A stretch of 64,000 bases of DNA from Candidatus Latescibacterota bacterium (GCA_965116885.1 OZ220741.1:3392001-3456000); one strand, 5' to 3'. Positions 9,381 through 19,211 are shown, counted from the stretch's first letter. A program made the numbers and translations. Notes: generated from the sequence alone by a model not told the origin.

Positions 9381-10604
9381 TTACTGTTCTGTCCAACTGG
9401 CGATGAAGTCCGCCGTGCCGTAGTCCGCGGGCATTTCGTTGAAATAGTGCTTCATAGGGATGGACTGAAAGCCCGGTACAAAGTGCTCTTCGTCCGATTG
9501 AAGCAGTGCTTCGAGTGGGCTGAAGCGATCCCAGAGCAAGCGAGCTTCGTCAGAGGTGAATCGTTCGGCGAATTTCGATCCCCAGTTGAGCGTGATGGGA
9601 TGTTTTCCCAGAAGGCGACGCTGGAGGTCTTCGGCGATGCCCTGAAGCGGGGGATCTTTGTGCAGTCGAATCGCAAGTGCCGCCTTGCAGAGAAATACGG
9701 TTGACAGGATTCTGCCTTTTTCGGCTCGCCACGGGTGGAGGTTGTCCAGGGCGCTGAGATACGCGCTGCCATCTGCAGAGAGAACGGCTCTCAGGGCGTC
9801 TTCCGTATGCTGCTTCATCTGTTCGCTGTGGTCGCTCCAGCGCGCGAATGCCTCCTGTGCCTGCGGAGAGATGTGGTCGGCAAACGAGAGGTCGTCAATT
9901 GACGTGTGGGTCGAGAAGCCACCGTGGATGGTTCGCCGCATTTTAGGGCTGTAGTTGCTGCCCCAGTGGAGGATGGGGAGGATATAGACGACGCCGTCAC
10001 CGGCTTCGAGGTGGGTCTGTACGCCATTGGGTAGTGGGCGGCAGGGGTCTGCCAACAATAGTTCGTTCTCTTCGGGGGTGTTCAGTCGCAGATGGCTGCC
10101 GGGTATCACCCAGAGGACGCTGTCATCGTAGAGCGGGATGTTCCACTGGACGTAACGCGGGCCTCCTTCGAGGATGTCGTCGATATAGCCCTGAAGCGGT
10201 GCCGTGTCGATCGGATGGTGATCGCGGTGCCACTTTGCCGGTCCGTGATCTCTGACGGGGTTGCACATCATCATCATTTCCGTGACGGCTCCGTCCGTTA
10301 CATCGAGAAGCTCTGTGCTGACTCCGTGGATGTTTTCCTCAAGCCATACTTCGACCACTGGCGCGGTCTCCTGGTCAATCTGATTGACGAGCGGCGACCT
10401 CGAGAGTTGCAGGCGAGGCTGCGGCGCTGTTTCCCATACGCCACCAGGTGGATCATTGTCCGCACGCTCGGTCTTCCAGTTTTCGCGCTGGCGGTCAACG
10501 AGCGTTTCGTACGCCTGCCGCACGCGTTCGAGTTTGTCGCGTGGCACGGCTTCCTTAACGATAAGGTAGCCGGTTTCCAGAAATTCGTCGCGGTTGAGTT
10601 TCAT
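9381..10604 (-). CDS. PhyH family dioxygenase with C-terminal extension
   Basis: Start reassigned to MKLNRDEFLETGYLIV; WHRD, VQWNIPL, IPGSH, LHWG. Confidence 0.85.
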   Translation of the reverse strand: MKLNRDEFLETGYLIVKEAVPRDKLERVRQAYETLVDRQRENWKTERADNDPPGGVWETAPQPRLQLSRSPLVNQIDQETAPVVEVWLEENIHGVSTELLDVTDGAVTEMMMMCNPVRDHGPAKWHRDHHPIDTAPLQGYIDDILEGGPRYVQWNIPLYDDSVLWVIPGSHLRLNTPEENELLLADPCRPLPNGVQTHLEAGDGVVYILPILHWGSNYSPKMRRTIHGGFSTHTSIDDLSFADHISPQAQEAFARWSDHSEQMKQHTEDALRAVLSADGSAYLSALDNLHPWRAEKGRILSTVFLCKAALAIRLHKDPPLQGIAEDLQRRLLGKHPITLNWGSKFAERFTSDEARLLWDRFSPLEALLQSDEEHFVPGFQSIPMKHYFNEMPADYGTADFIASWTEQ

Positions 10605-10740
10605 GGATGACTCCAATTGGGGTAAAGGTGTGCTTGTGTAACATGGACCTATTACACGTTGGCACAGTGGGATAGGGATAGCAATAGTGGGGAATCCCTT
10701 GACTTTCAAGAGGTCTTTGTTGTACTTTCGATTATCCCAA

Positions 10741-10754
10741 ATAGAGTACTCTAT
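10741..10754. promoter_or_regulatory. Perfect 14-bp palindrome, probable TA operator
   Basis: ATAGAGTACTCTAT just upstream of SD AAGGAGG and downstream of TTGACT...TACTTT promoter-like elements. Confidence 0.6.
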
Positions 10755-10768
10755 CAAGGAGGAACGAG

Positions 10769-11002
10769 ATGTCTGCGCCATCTCTTCTTAATGAATTAGA
10801 AGAAAACATCCGTCGTTTGCCTTTAGATGATCAATTGTTGCTTATTGAGCGAGTAAGCCATCGGATACGAAATGATATTTCTGTTAAAATGGATATAGAC
10901 GCTCAATTGAGTAAAATGGCCGCTGATCCTGAAATCCAAAAAGAACTTCAGGAGATTGAGCAGGAGTTCTCTGCCACAGAGCAAGACGGGCTGGATGATT
11001 AA
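10769..11002 (+). CDS. Putative antitoxin of MazF/PemK toxin
   Basis: 77 aa, acidic C-terminus, TAATG overlap with toxin, strong SD. Confidence 0.75.
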   Translation: MSAPSLLNELEENIRRLPLDDQLLLIERVSHRIRNDISVKMDIDAQLSKMAADPEIQKELQEIEQEFSATEQDGLDD

Positions 11003-11349
11003 TGGCTATTGAGCGTGGCGAAATATACTTTGTGAACCTCAACCCGGTGAAAGGGCGCGAGCAAGCAGGTCAACGTCCAGTATTGGTTCTGTCCACAGAT
11101 GCAATTAATCGCTTGCCTCTCGTCGTAACTGTTGTTGTAGGTACCAGTGGTGCTAATATCACCCGGGATTATCCTACAAATATTCGACTGCAGCCAGCAG
11201 AAACAGGTTTAGATTCGGAAACAGTTTTTCTCGGGTTTCAGATTCGATCATTGGATTCAAAACGCTTTCCAGATCGTGCAACAGGCCGAGTTTCAAGAAC
11301 AACTTTAAAAAAGGTAGAGGCGGTTGTTCGATATTGCCTTGGTCTGTAG
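11002..11349 (+). CDS. mazF: MazF/PemK endoribonuclease toxin
   Basis: RGEIYFVNLNPVKGREQAGQRPVLVLS...QIRSLDSKR. Confidence 0.92.
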   Translation: MAIERGEIYFVNLNPVKGREQAGQRPVLVLSTDAINRLPLVVTVVVGTSGANITRDYPTNIRLQPAETGLDSETVFLGFQIRSLDSKRFPDRATGRVSRTTLKKVEAVVRYCLGL

Positions 11350-11380
11350 GTGCGTCTGGTTTTCTCTAAATATAGAAAAT

Positions 11381-11878
11381 CTATCCGGTCTGAATAAGCA
11401 CAAAATCTTCATCATCGCCCGGTGGCTCAAAGCGATTGATGAATTCTGTGAATGCCTGGTCGTTGATCCAAAGTGAATCCTGGTCGTTTTTTGAACGAGT
11501 GAGGGTCCGGTCCCGCAGTACGTCAATGGGAGCGTCGAGGAAATAGAGTTTTGAGTCTGCGCCTATAGCCGCCGCCGCTTGCCTAACATTTTCACGATCC
11601 CTTTTGTACCAGAATCCCCTATCGAGTATGACGTCTGTGCCGAGGGCGAGATTACGCGTGGCAATGCGCCAGATCAGGTTGGAAACGCGGTTGAAAAGTA
11701 CTTCAAATTGATCGGGCGATCTGCCGTAGAGTTGAACCATCCACTCGTCATAAGTGTATCGTATGGCCCCGTGAGTCTCTTCAAGTTCCCGAGCAAAAGT
11801 GGTCTTGCCTGAACCCGGTCGGCCACAGAGTAAGTGAACAGTTGCCATTGTATCTGATGATACCTCTTTTTCAATCAT
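11381..11878 (-). CDS. AAA_33-type P-loop predicted kinase
   Basis: GRPGSGKTT Walker A; DEWM; DVILDRGFW. Confidence 0.8.
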   Translation of the reverse strand: MIEKEVSSDTMATVHLLCGRPGSGKTTFARELEETHGAIRYTYDEWMVQLYGRSPDQFEVLFNRVSNLIWRIATRNLALGTDVILDRGFWYKRDRENVRQAAAAIGADSKLYFLDAPIDVLRDRTLTRSKNDQDSLWINDQAFTEFINRFEPPGDDEDFVLIQTG

Positions 11879-12686
11879 CAGGCCTTTGCCCGATGTAGAG
11901 TATGTGTCTGGATGAAGCTACCATGCTTTGTTCGGCGCTGATTTCGAATAGGAGATCCAACCAGAGGTCTCTCTGTTTTCCTGTAAGCGTGTTGTAGCTT
12001 TCGTCGTTTGCGGAGATAGCTGGCTCGACACCTGCAATTTTGAGGGTGCGGAATCCCACGTGTTCATGCATGGGGGCGATTTCTTCCTGCCGGACATAAT
12101 AGCCGCGGAAGCCACCTTTTGGGGCATTGGCAGGGCGTTGGCCTTGTTCTATGTGTGACCAAACCTCTTCCTGATTCTCAATCCACGAAGGATTGTCCTT
12201 AACGAGGGCTCCAAGAATACCGAATCTGGAAATCATTGCAGAAAAGATTACGCCTCCTGGTTTCAGGCAATCGTAAGCGGACCGCAGGGCTGCTGTTCGG
12301 TCGGTTTCAAGTAGCAGGTGATACAGAGGTCCCATAAGGAGAACAGCATCGAACTCGCCGCGCGGAATCCCATCCAGTTTTCGCGCATCGCCAGTGCGGA
12401 AATCGATTTGATCAGAGAGCCCAAGCTCTTCCGCTTTCGCTTTGCATCGGGTGACGTACTCGTCGGCGAGGTCAATAGCCGTGATCTGGTAGCCACGTTT
12501 TGCCAGGGGAAAGGTGTAAAATCCCGTGCCGAAACCAATTTCGAGGAGCCTGCCGCGAGGTGGGAGGTATAGGTTTAGATAGCGCCAGGTGATATCCGCT
12601 TCGAGTTGGTGGCGTTCCAACCTGTTTGCCTCTGCGTCCCAGGCAGCATTGTAAAACTCGCGTATATCGGTCAGGTCGTCCGTCAT
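11871..12686 (-). CDS. Class I SAM-dependent methyltransferase
   Basis: LLEIGFGTG; FDAVLLMGPLYHL; LKPGG. Confidence 0.9.
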   Translation of the reverse strand: MTDDLTDIREFYNAAWDAEANRLERHQLEADITWRYLNLYLPPRGRLLEIGFGTGFYTFPLAKRGYQITAIDLADEYVTRCKAKAEELGLSDQIDFRTGDARKLDGIPRGEFDAVLLMGPLYHLLLETDRTAALRSAYDCLKPGGVIFSAMISRFGILGALVKDNPSWIENQEEVWSHIEQGQRPANAPKGGFRGYYVRQEEIAPMHEHVGFRTLKIAGVEPAISANDESYNTLTGKQRDLWLDLLFEISAEQSMVASSRHILYIGQRPDD

Positions 12687-12723
12687 GTCAGAGAATTGCT
12701 CTATGTGTCTGTGGCACTTTTCA

Positions 12724-13800
12724 TTACCTCGGTTCGTTGGGATATAAATTCATTACATATTGGTCATATCCGTTGAACAGCAGGGTCGGACGTATTTCGG
12801 GGTTCGCAGGATCGGTGGTGATAAACCGTTCCTGAGCTTGAGACCACCGGGGGTGGGCGACTTTGGGATTGACATTGGCAAAGAAGCCGTATTCTCTTGG
12901 AACGAGGGTATTCCAGAAGGTTCTCGGTTGCTCGCGGACAAACTCAATACTCACGATCGATTTGATGCTCTTAAAACCGTACTTCCAGGGCGCAATAAGA
13001 CGGATGGGCGACCCGTGCTGGTTGGGCATTTCGTGCCCGTAAATCCCCGTGGCGATAAAAGCGAGTTCGTTTGTCGCTTCTTCCATCGTCAGCCCTTCAA
13101 CATAGGGCCAGGGATACCTTGGGGTATTCAACTGTCCAATAGCCTGATTTGGGTCCAGGAAGGTTGTCATCTTGACGAATTTTGCCGTAGAAAGCGGTTG
13201 TACCAAATCTATGAGGGCTTTCATCGGAAAACCGGTCCACGGTATCGCCATAGACCACGCCTCCACACACCGCAAGCGGTAAAGCCGTTCCTCCAGCGGG
13301 ATAGCGCGGACCAGGTCGCCAAAATCGTATGTCTTTTCCTGTGGGACCTCTCCTTTGATTACTACTGTCCAGGGATCTGTCATGAAGTTTTCCGACAGAG
13401 GCTTTACCAGAGTCTTGTTGGTGCTGAATTCATAAAAATTATTGTACGATCCGGCTACCGATTCCTCGGTTAAAGGCCGGTCCAGTTCCTTGAATTGCTC
13501 ATTGAGCCCGGCGGGATAAAGTGGCTGCGGCGGCTGTGGTGGTTGCGGCGGATCCGGCGGTTGCTGTGGCGGTTGTGGCGGTTGCTGTGGATCCTGAGGT
13601 TGCTGAGGTTGTTGCGGCTGTTGCGGCTCCTCAGTCGGCGTAGTGGGTGCTCTTTCAGCGGGGGTAAAAATCTTCTCATGTCCGCAGCCTGCTAACGCTC
13701 CCAGGGCACCTCCTGCGGCTACCATAAACTTTCGCCGGTTCATATAAACATCTTCTGGCGTTGCTTCTCTCTCGGGTATTTCCCAACCTCGTTTTGGCAT
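12724..13800 (-). CDS. msrP: Protein-methionine-sulfoxide reductase catalytic subunit MsrP (YedY), Tat lipoprotein
   Basis: NRRKF twin-Arg; YNNFYEF, RLRCVEAWS (Mo ligand Cys), WPYVEGL, PWKYGFKSIKSIV, NPKVAHPRWSQA. Confidence 0.93.
   Translation of the reverse strand: MPKRGWEIPEREATPEDVYMNRRKFMVAAGGALGALAGCGHEKIFTPAERAPTTPTEEPQQPQQPQQPQDPQQPPQPPQQPPDPPQPPQPPQPLYPAGLNEQFKELDRPLTEESVAGSYNNFYEFSTNKTLVKPLSENFMTDPWTVVIKGEVPQEKTYDFGDLVRAIPLEERLYRLRCVEAWSMAIPWTGFPMKALIDLVQPLSTAKFVKMTTFLDPNQAIGQLNTPRYPWPYVEGLTMEEATNELAFIATGIYGHEMPNQHGSPIRLIAPWKYGFKSIKSIVSIEFVREQPRTFWNTLVPREYGFFANVNPKVAHPRWSQAQERFITTDPANPEIRPTLLFNGYDQYVMNLYPNEPR
13522..13626 (-). repeat. Low-complexity Pro/Gln tandem repeat inside msrP
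   Basis: Encodes PQQPQQPQQPQDPQQPPQPPQQPPDPPQPPQPPQP from imperfect 9-nt units. Confidence 0.9.
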
Positions 13801-13826
13801 ATCAACCTCCTCAATCAGGTCCCGGC

Positions 13827-14678
13827 TTATCTTTTAAATGCTATTCCAAACAAAAATGTATTTCCCGCAGTGGTGTTGCAGCCCGCTGCGATGCGAATCA
13901 TATCCGCACTCAGTTCCAGCCAATCGGTTAAACGGTAAATCACTCCAGGAGAGAGTTTTAAGACACTCTGATCACCGATCAGTTCTACTTCCCCAACCGG
14001 GTTGCACGTTCCGAAGGTACGGATACCCGAAAGATACCCTTTGAACAGGAATCGGTCCACTGTAATCCCGACCTCCAGGGCATAAAATCCTTCATTACTG
14101 ACATCTCCTCCGCGGACCCGGTAGCCTATCTCTCCAGTCACGTAAATCGGAGCGGGGTACAGAGATTGGCCCAGTAGCAGCCGAATATCTGCATCCATCT
14201 TTTTAGAACTCAGGGGAACCCGTGTGTTGGGATCTTCATCGTACCACAGTGGAATTTTACCCCCTATAGCAATCGATGCGACCACGGGCTGATTGGCTAA
14301 AAGCCATCGCAAACGCATTTCCATGTCGCCAAAACCCCATCGACGCTCCAGAGCTGTTCCAGTAATAACCAAATCGAGATCCCTCAGGGTGCGGGTATCC
14401 TGCAGCCGTTTGTAGGGGACGGAAGATACAAGCGTTAGCCGGTCCAGCAGGCCGTATTCCAGATAGGCAGAATAATTGAGGTCTCTCAGTTCTCCCATAT
14501 TTGCCTTCTGAATCTGCTTGCCGTCGGCATCAATATCTATGGTCGAGTTCAAATAGCTGGCTCCGACCTTAAAATAATAGCCACCCTTATTCTGCGTCCA
14601 CGCACCGGCAAATGCCGCAGACGGCAGGCCCAGATAGGTGGCGCATATAGCGAGAAAAAACAGACTTCGATATATCAT
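13827..14678 (-). CDS. Exported protein, probable outer-membrane beta-barrel
   Basis: Signal peptide ending AAFA-GAWTQ; YLEYGLLDRLT, GFGDMEMRLRW amphipathic strands; aromatic near C-terminus; start uncertain (14678 or 14765). Confidence 0.6.
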   Translation of the reverse strand: MIYRSLFFLAICATYLGLPSAAFAGAWTQNKGGYYFKVGASYLNSTIDIDADGKQIQKANMGELRDLNYSAYLEYGLLDRLTLVSSVPYKRLQDTRTLRDLDLVITGTALERRWGFGDMEMRLRWLLANQPVVASIAIGGKIPLWYDEDPNTRVPLSSKKMDADIRLLLGQSLYPAPIYVTGEIGYRVRGGDVSNEGFYALEVGITVDRFLFKGYLSGIRTFGTCNPVGEVELIGDQSVLKLSPGVIYRLTDWLELSADMIRIAAGCNTTAGNTFLFGIAFKR

Positions 14679-14761
14679 TGGTTTACCCCATATTTCGAGA
14701 GGTTTTATTGATGGTGCGGTCAGCATTATAAAGCCTATAATAGATTTAAGTTCCCCTTCCC

Positions 14762-16255
14762 TCATTCCTCTTCGATCACGGCCGTGTGGGCAGTCATCGC
14801 CGCACTGGGCGAGAGTCGCGGTCTCAGGTTGCTGGCAGTCGTCAGACCCCGGAGCCTTACTTGCCGGCAAGGGGTGTATGGGAAAGGACGTTCCTCAGAC
14901 GCGGAGGCCTGTTCGACGCCATCGTGGAAGTCGTCCGGGGCGGTGAAGAAGTACATGCCCTGGTAATTCTCGGGCGTATTGGAATCATCTACGAATAGTC
15001 CGTCGATAACGACTTCTTCGGGCATAGAGCAGGGATATCCGAAATCGTGCATGCCGTCGTTGGAAACATTGATCATGTGTGGCTGACTGATATCTCCACA
15101 AGCCGGAATCCATCGGCAGTTGCGGATCTTGAGCGATCCCTCCCAGGTGCTGCCATAGTCGCGTCGAAAGGAGACCAGGCTGCTGCCGTATAATGTGGAA
15201 TCCTCAAGTGTCAGTTGGCCCCGACCGATCGCATTCAGCCCCATATGACCCAGGGTGCAGCGACGGATGACGTAGGTGCCGGAAACGCCCATGTGTGTGT
15301 CCATTCTGGAGAGATGGCAGTCCTCGAGCAGGATGTCCTTGCAGAAGTTGGATCCGATCACGCCCCAGCGCGTGCGGTCGGTGATGTGGTTCATCCGACA
15401 TCCAATCATTGTGAATCCCACGACGTTGTTCGCATTGTAGTCGTAGGTGCCCATGCTGACTGGCTTACCCGCCGCGCCGATGGTCGAGTAGATTTTGTGT
15501 CCGGTGGCAAAGCAGTTGCGCAGCGTGATGTGGGCACACTGTTGCACGCTGATGAATCCGGAATAGGGACAGCCCACGGCTGTTTCGCCGACGACATAGT
15601 GGGTCAGACCCGCGACTTCCGTGTTCGATCGGGAGATCACAATGTTCCGATTCCAGTAGTTGTAACCATTCGGGTGGTGCTCGCGGTTGGCAAATGTGGT
15701 AAAGACGCCGCCGCGCAGGTAGAGCGTCTGCTCGTCAATGGGGCGTGCCTCCACCCGGGTAATGAGATCGTATTCCCAATCGATGTCCGCCTCCACCGAG
15801 CCGTCTCGACGCAGGACGAAGCAGTCGTGCTGGGGAACACCGTCGTTCTGGTTTAGCCCCCGCCGGATATACATCCTCTTGTGTGCGTTTTCCACGAGGA
15901 CGTGACAGTCGCGCTTCGGCCGCGCATCCACCTGTCTCTGGTCTCTCGTGAGTTGATCGATTTGCAACTCCTCCGGCTCTAACAGCGAGCGTACTTCAAA
16001 GAGATGCGCCTTGTGGTCTTCAACCTGCGTGTCGTCGATTGTAAAACGGGAGGTGTTCCAGTCGGTATCGGTCGCGATCACGGCGGTCAGCGCCTGGCCA
16101 CCGAGATGGTATGTCGCGTCGGGCTTTGTCCTGACGCTCAGGCCGTGCGCGTTGGCGTAGGCGTGTGCCTCGCAGATCGCTGGCATGTCATCCGCGACGC
16201 CGTCGCCCTTTGCACCGAAAGCCTCGTAGTCTATCAGGCCGTCTTTGAAATCCAT
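14762..16255 (-). CDS. Right-handed beta-helix (pectin-lyase-like) protein
   Basis: N-terminal YEAFGAKGDGVADD motif; repeated I.LRNC/LEDC/IRRC/IRNC rungs. Confidence 0.65.
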   Translation of the reverse strand: MDFKDGLIDYEAFGAKGDGVADDMPAICEAHAYANAHGLSVRTKPDATYHLGGQALTAVIATDTDWNTSRFTIDDTQVEDHKAHLFEVRSLLEPEELQIDQLTRDQRQVDARPKRDCHVLVENAHKRMYIRRGLNQNDGVPQHDCFVLRRDGSVEADIDWEYDLITRVEARPIDEQTLYLRGGVFTTFANREHHPNGYNYWNRNIVISRSNTEVAGLTHYVVGETAVGCPYSGFISVQQCAHITLRNCFATGHKIYSTIGAAGKPVSMGTYDYNANNVVGFTMIGCRMNHITDRTRWGVIGSNFCKDILLEDCHLSRMDTHMGVSGTYVIRRCTLGHMGLNAIGRGQLTLEDSTLYGSSLVSFRRDYGSTWEGSLKIRNCRWIPACGDISQPHMINVSNDGMHDFGYPCSMPEEVVIDGLFVDDSNTPENYQGMYFFTAPDDFHDGVEQASASEERPFPYTPCRQVRLRGLTTASNLRPRLSPSAAMTAHTAVIEEE

Positions 16256-16274
16256 GGATGTCTCCTTTTAAATG

Positions 16275-16781
16275 CTATCTCGGTCCCTTGTATTTCCTAC
16301 CGCGATCAGCCACACGGCGTTCTCTGAGCAAAGCCATGATTGGGACACCGTAACCACAACTCGTTTGCGTTTTTTCAATGTTCACTTCGATCACTTGCCG
16401 AGGTTTATTCAATTCTTGAGCAGGTCTTTTGAGCATCTTACGCGCGAGGGGCGAGTCGTCAAGCTCAACGATCCGTGCATGTCCGTAGAGTCGGACGATT
16501 CCCGCGTCACCTTCCTCAAAGGAGCACACCATAATAGTGATTGGACCTCCAGAGATCGCATGACGCGCTGTCTCGTTTCCACTGCCGGGATAGTCGAGGT
16601 AAGCAATGCGATTTGGCGTGAGAATATGCAAGGGCGTTCCACCCTTTGGCGACAAATTTAAAGCACCTGTCCCATCGGGGCCGTTTTCCAAATTTGGATC
16701 GGCTGTCGCCACAAAGAATAGGGGCGCGTTCTTGATTAGCGCAGCTTGTTCATCTGTTATAGAAGTATATTGCGTTGCCAT
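16275..16781 (-). CDS. Pyridoxamine 5'-phosphate oxidase-like FMN-binding protein
   Basis: FFVATA, NLSPKG, YLDYPGSGNETARH, TSCGYGVP. Confidence 0.85.
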   Translation of the reverse strand: MATQYTSITDEQAALIKNAPLFFVATADPNLENGPDGTGALNLSPKGGTPLHILTPNRIAYLDYPGSGNETARHAISGGPITIMVCSFEEGDAGIVRLYGHARIVELDDSPLARKMLKRPAQELNKPRQVIEVNIEKTQTSCGYGVPIMALLRERRVADRGRKYKGPR

Positions 16782-16844
16782 TTCACTTATGTCTCCTTTT
16801 AGCGACGGTATTTGACTAACTCAGTTGTGACCTTATGGAAAAGA

Positions 16845-17318
16845 TCAGGCTGAATCTCTGAACAGTAGATCATCCCTAATTCTTGCGCAAATTTCATTCA
16901 TTTGATCTTCACTTACTCTTTTCTCTGGAGAGACTCCCAAATAGCCAAATACTTGCACGCTGCGCCGGTTGGCTGGTAGGTTAGCCATTCGTGGCACAAT
17001 ATGGAAATGAACATGCGGGTGATCCTCGTGTTCGGCAAATTGAATCACGTATGTTTTCTCGCATCCGATTACACTTTTGAGGGATGAGGAAACACGGCGA
17101 ATCAGTGAGCCCAATTCAGCGGCTTCCTGCTCAGTAAGCTCATCAAGAGATTCAATGTGTCGCTGCAGAACCAACACCAGCCACCCGAGCAAAGCGGTGT
17201 TGTATGCATGCGCCACGTCCCAGTATTCGGTCTGGTAAATGCAGTCCCAAAGTGGTGCCTTACCCAGTCTTCTTTGTGCTGTTAATTCGCACGTCTTGCA
17301 CCTGCCACTACCGTTCAT
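16845..17318 (-). CDS. HIT family hydrolase
   Basis: CxxC; histidine triad HPHVHFHIVPR. Confidence 0.9.
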   Translation of the reverse strand: MNGSGRCKTCELTAQRRLGKAPLWDCIYQTEYWDVAHAYNTALLGWLVLVLQRHIESLDELTEQEAAELGSLIRRVSSSLKSVIGCEKTYVIQFAEHEDHPHVHFHIVPRMANLPANRRSVQVFGYLGVSPEKRVSEDQMNEICARIRDDLLFRDSA

Positions 17319-17343
17319 ATCGGCCTCGTATTAGTTGACATGT

Positions 17344-17642
17344 TTACACGTCATGTATAATCCATACATTGGGTTCTTCGTGATAGCCAATGTTGTTTTC
17401 TCGGTCAATTGATACGAGTGCCAACGCCCCTGGAACGACGTATTTACCCGATGTTGGAAAGGACATGTCCGTCCATTTCTCCCAATCATTGACTGTACCT
17501 CGGACAGACATTGATTTCGGTGCCGCCCGTGCAATCCGACCTCCAATCTTCCAATGTACTCGGGCCAGTTCGTTCGGGAATCCCATGTCTGCTCTCGCAG
17601 ATCGGGTCGCTCGATATGCGAATACACAGTCAACTTTTTCAC
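17344..17642 (-). pseudogene. Internally deleted N-acetyltransferase-like gene (N-terminus joined out of frame to C-terminus)
   Basis: Frame 1 KKLTVYSHIERPDLREQTWD..NWPEY; frame 2 RVHWKIGGRIARAAPKSMSVRGTVNDWEKWT...PGAL...EPNVW. Confidence 0.75.
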
Positions 17643-17667
17643 AGTATTTCGTAATTCCTTCCGAGCA

Positions 17668-18540
17668 TTAACAAAGAAGCGTTGATGTTTTATTTATAGC
17701 GTCAGCCAGCAATTGGAATCCTCCGTCGCGTTTATAGGTACTCAGCCAATTTCCGCTCACAAATTCAAAATCGCCGGTCTCTGTATCGAGCGCACCAATA
17801 CATCCTTCATTTATAACCTGCAATGTTGGGGCTCTAGGGTTGCTCACTATGCTGGCAATCTGAATGCACTCCGTCTCGAACACTTTTCTCGGAGCGACTG
17901 GATGGTGAAAGTGTCCAAATACATGGTAGCGAGGTTTCGATATCCTCAGATATTCGAGCAAAGCCTGAGGCCCTTCGGCGAGATTATACGCATCGGCACC
18001 AAGTCCAAATCCTCCCTCATGTGAAACGAGAATATCTATACCCTTTGAATGGTTGTGTTGAAGAGCCTCCGGATCTCCTCCTTCACAAAAGCCAATTACT
18101 TCTTGTTCAATCTCAAGTGTAAAGCCATCCGGTACGCACTTGAAGAGACCATGTGGGTCAAGTGGAATGGGTACAGAAGATTTTGTCTCTACAGAATTTC
18201 GGATAGCAGCGAATTCGTCGTGATTGCCTGCTACAACAAGGATCGAAGATGTCAATTGCGCCCGTGTATCGCGTGCTAATTGAGCATCTGTCCCTTCTGC
18301 CAGGATGAGGCTACACAAATCGTACACAGCCGGATCCCACTGTGAGAACCTGTCGTATGGAATCTCACCGCTCTGCGGCAGTGGCATAACTCCCAGATCG
18401 CCAACCTGAACGACAAGGTCAAACATCTTTTTTCGCATTGACTGCCAGATCAGAAGAATGGCAAGAGCATGGCATGCGCGTCCGTGTATATCACCTATGA
18501 AACCTATAATCAATTTAAGTTCCTTCCATTGATTTATCAC
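17668..18540 (-). CDS. Calcineurin-like metallophosphoesterase
   Basis: GDIHG, VGDLG, GNHD, LVSH, GHFH. Confidence 0.9.
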   Translation of the reverse strand: MINQWKELKLIIGFIGDIHGRACHALAILLIWQSMRKKMFDLVVQVGDLGVMPLPQSGEIPYDRFSQWDPAVYDLCSLILAEGTDAQLARDTRAQLTSSILVVAGNHDEFAAIRNSVETKSSVPIPLDPHGLFKCVPDGFTLEIEQEVIGFCEGGDPEALQHNHSKGIDILVSHEGGFGLGADAYNLAEGPQALLEYLRISKPRYHVFGHFHHPVAPRKVFETECIQIASIVSNPRAPTLQVINEGCIGALDTETGDFEFVSGNWLSTYKRDGGFQLLADAINKTSTLLC

Positions 18541-19210
18541 CTGACCTGCCTGTAAAAACTACCACTTTATACTCAATCTCCATATCTACTTTGCTACCTA
18601 ATTTACTCCCATTGAGCGTCCAATAAAATGACAGAAGTTCCTGGGCTTCCTCTATGGAGTCAAACTTAAAACTGGTCTCCAAAATATGACTGTCAAAACC
18701 TCTCTTGTGCCACCAGGATGAATCACTGGAAATATCGCGCTCAAAAAGACCGCAGAATGCATCATTTCCCGCATTATCTACAATACAGATTGGCCCTTGA
18801 GGCTTGATCACTCTGGTCAATTCTTCCAAGCCCTCTTTTCCATATCCTATGGCAGGAAAAAAATACGCCCAGGTAGCATAGGCTCCTTCAAAGGAATTTG
18901 ATCTGAAGGGAAGTTCCTGTGCAATACCTCTGACCCAGGGAAGGGATTGATTGCGATCAATCATATTATTTGACGGCTCATAGGGTATCACTCTTCTATT
19001 ACTTCTGGTTAGCAAAGCTGCTGTATATCCATTTCCCGCGCCAATGTCAATCACCAGTCCAGGAGGCAAGATTTGATCGAGGTGCTCAATGACGACACCG
19101 TCTTTATCCATACATCGCCGCTCAATCTCAAATAAGTGCCGGTTCCTCGATCCGTAGAATGGTATGATCTTGCTTGTATTCATTTCGATTATTATCACCA
19201 AATACTGCAA
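18515..19210 (-). CDS. Class I SAM-dependent methyltransferase
   Basis: VIDIGAGNG; AQELPFRSNSF. Confidence 0.85.
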   Translation of the reverse strand: MQYLVIIIEMNTSKIIPFYGSRNRHLFEIERRCMDKDGVVIEHLDQILPPGLVIDIGAGNGYTAALLTRSNRRVIPYEPSNNMIDRNQSLPWVRGIAQELPFRSNSFEGAYATWAYFFPAIGYGKEGLEELTRVIKPQGPICIVDNAGNDAFCGLFERDISSDSSWWHKRGFDSHILETSFKFDSIEEAQELLSFYWTLNGSKLGSKVDMEIEYKVVVFTGRSGDKSMEGT

Positions 19211-19211
19211 G

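Noticed and set aside
10605..10781. N-terminal extension of the PhyH ORF in the ORF track
   Set aside because: Overlaps the divergent promoter region and the antitoxin start; the family starts at MKLNRDEF
13522..13626. P/Q repeat as a phase-variation tract or CRISPR-like array
   Set aside because: Units are in-frame multiples of three with synonymous variation, consistent with a protein linker
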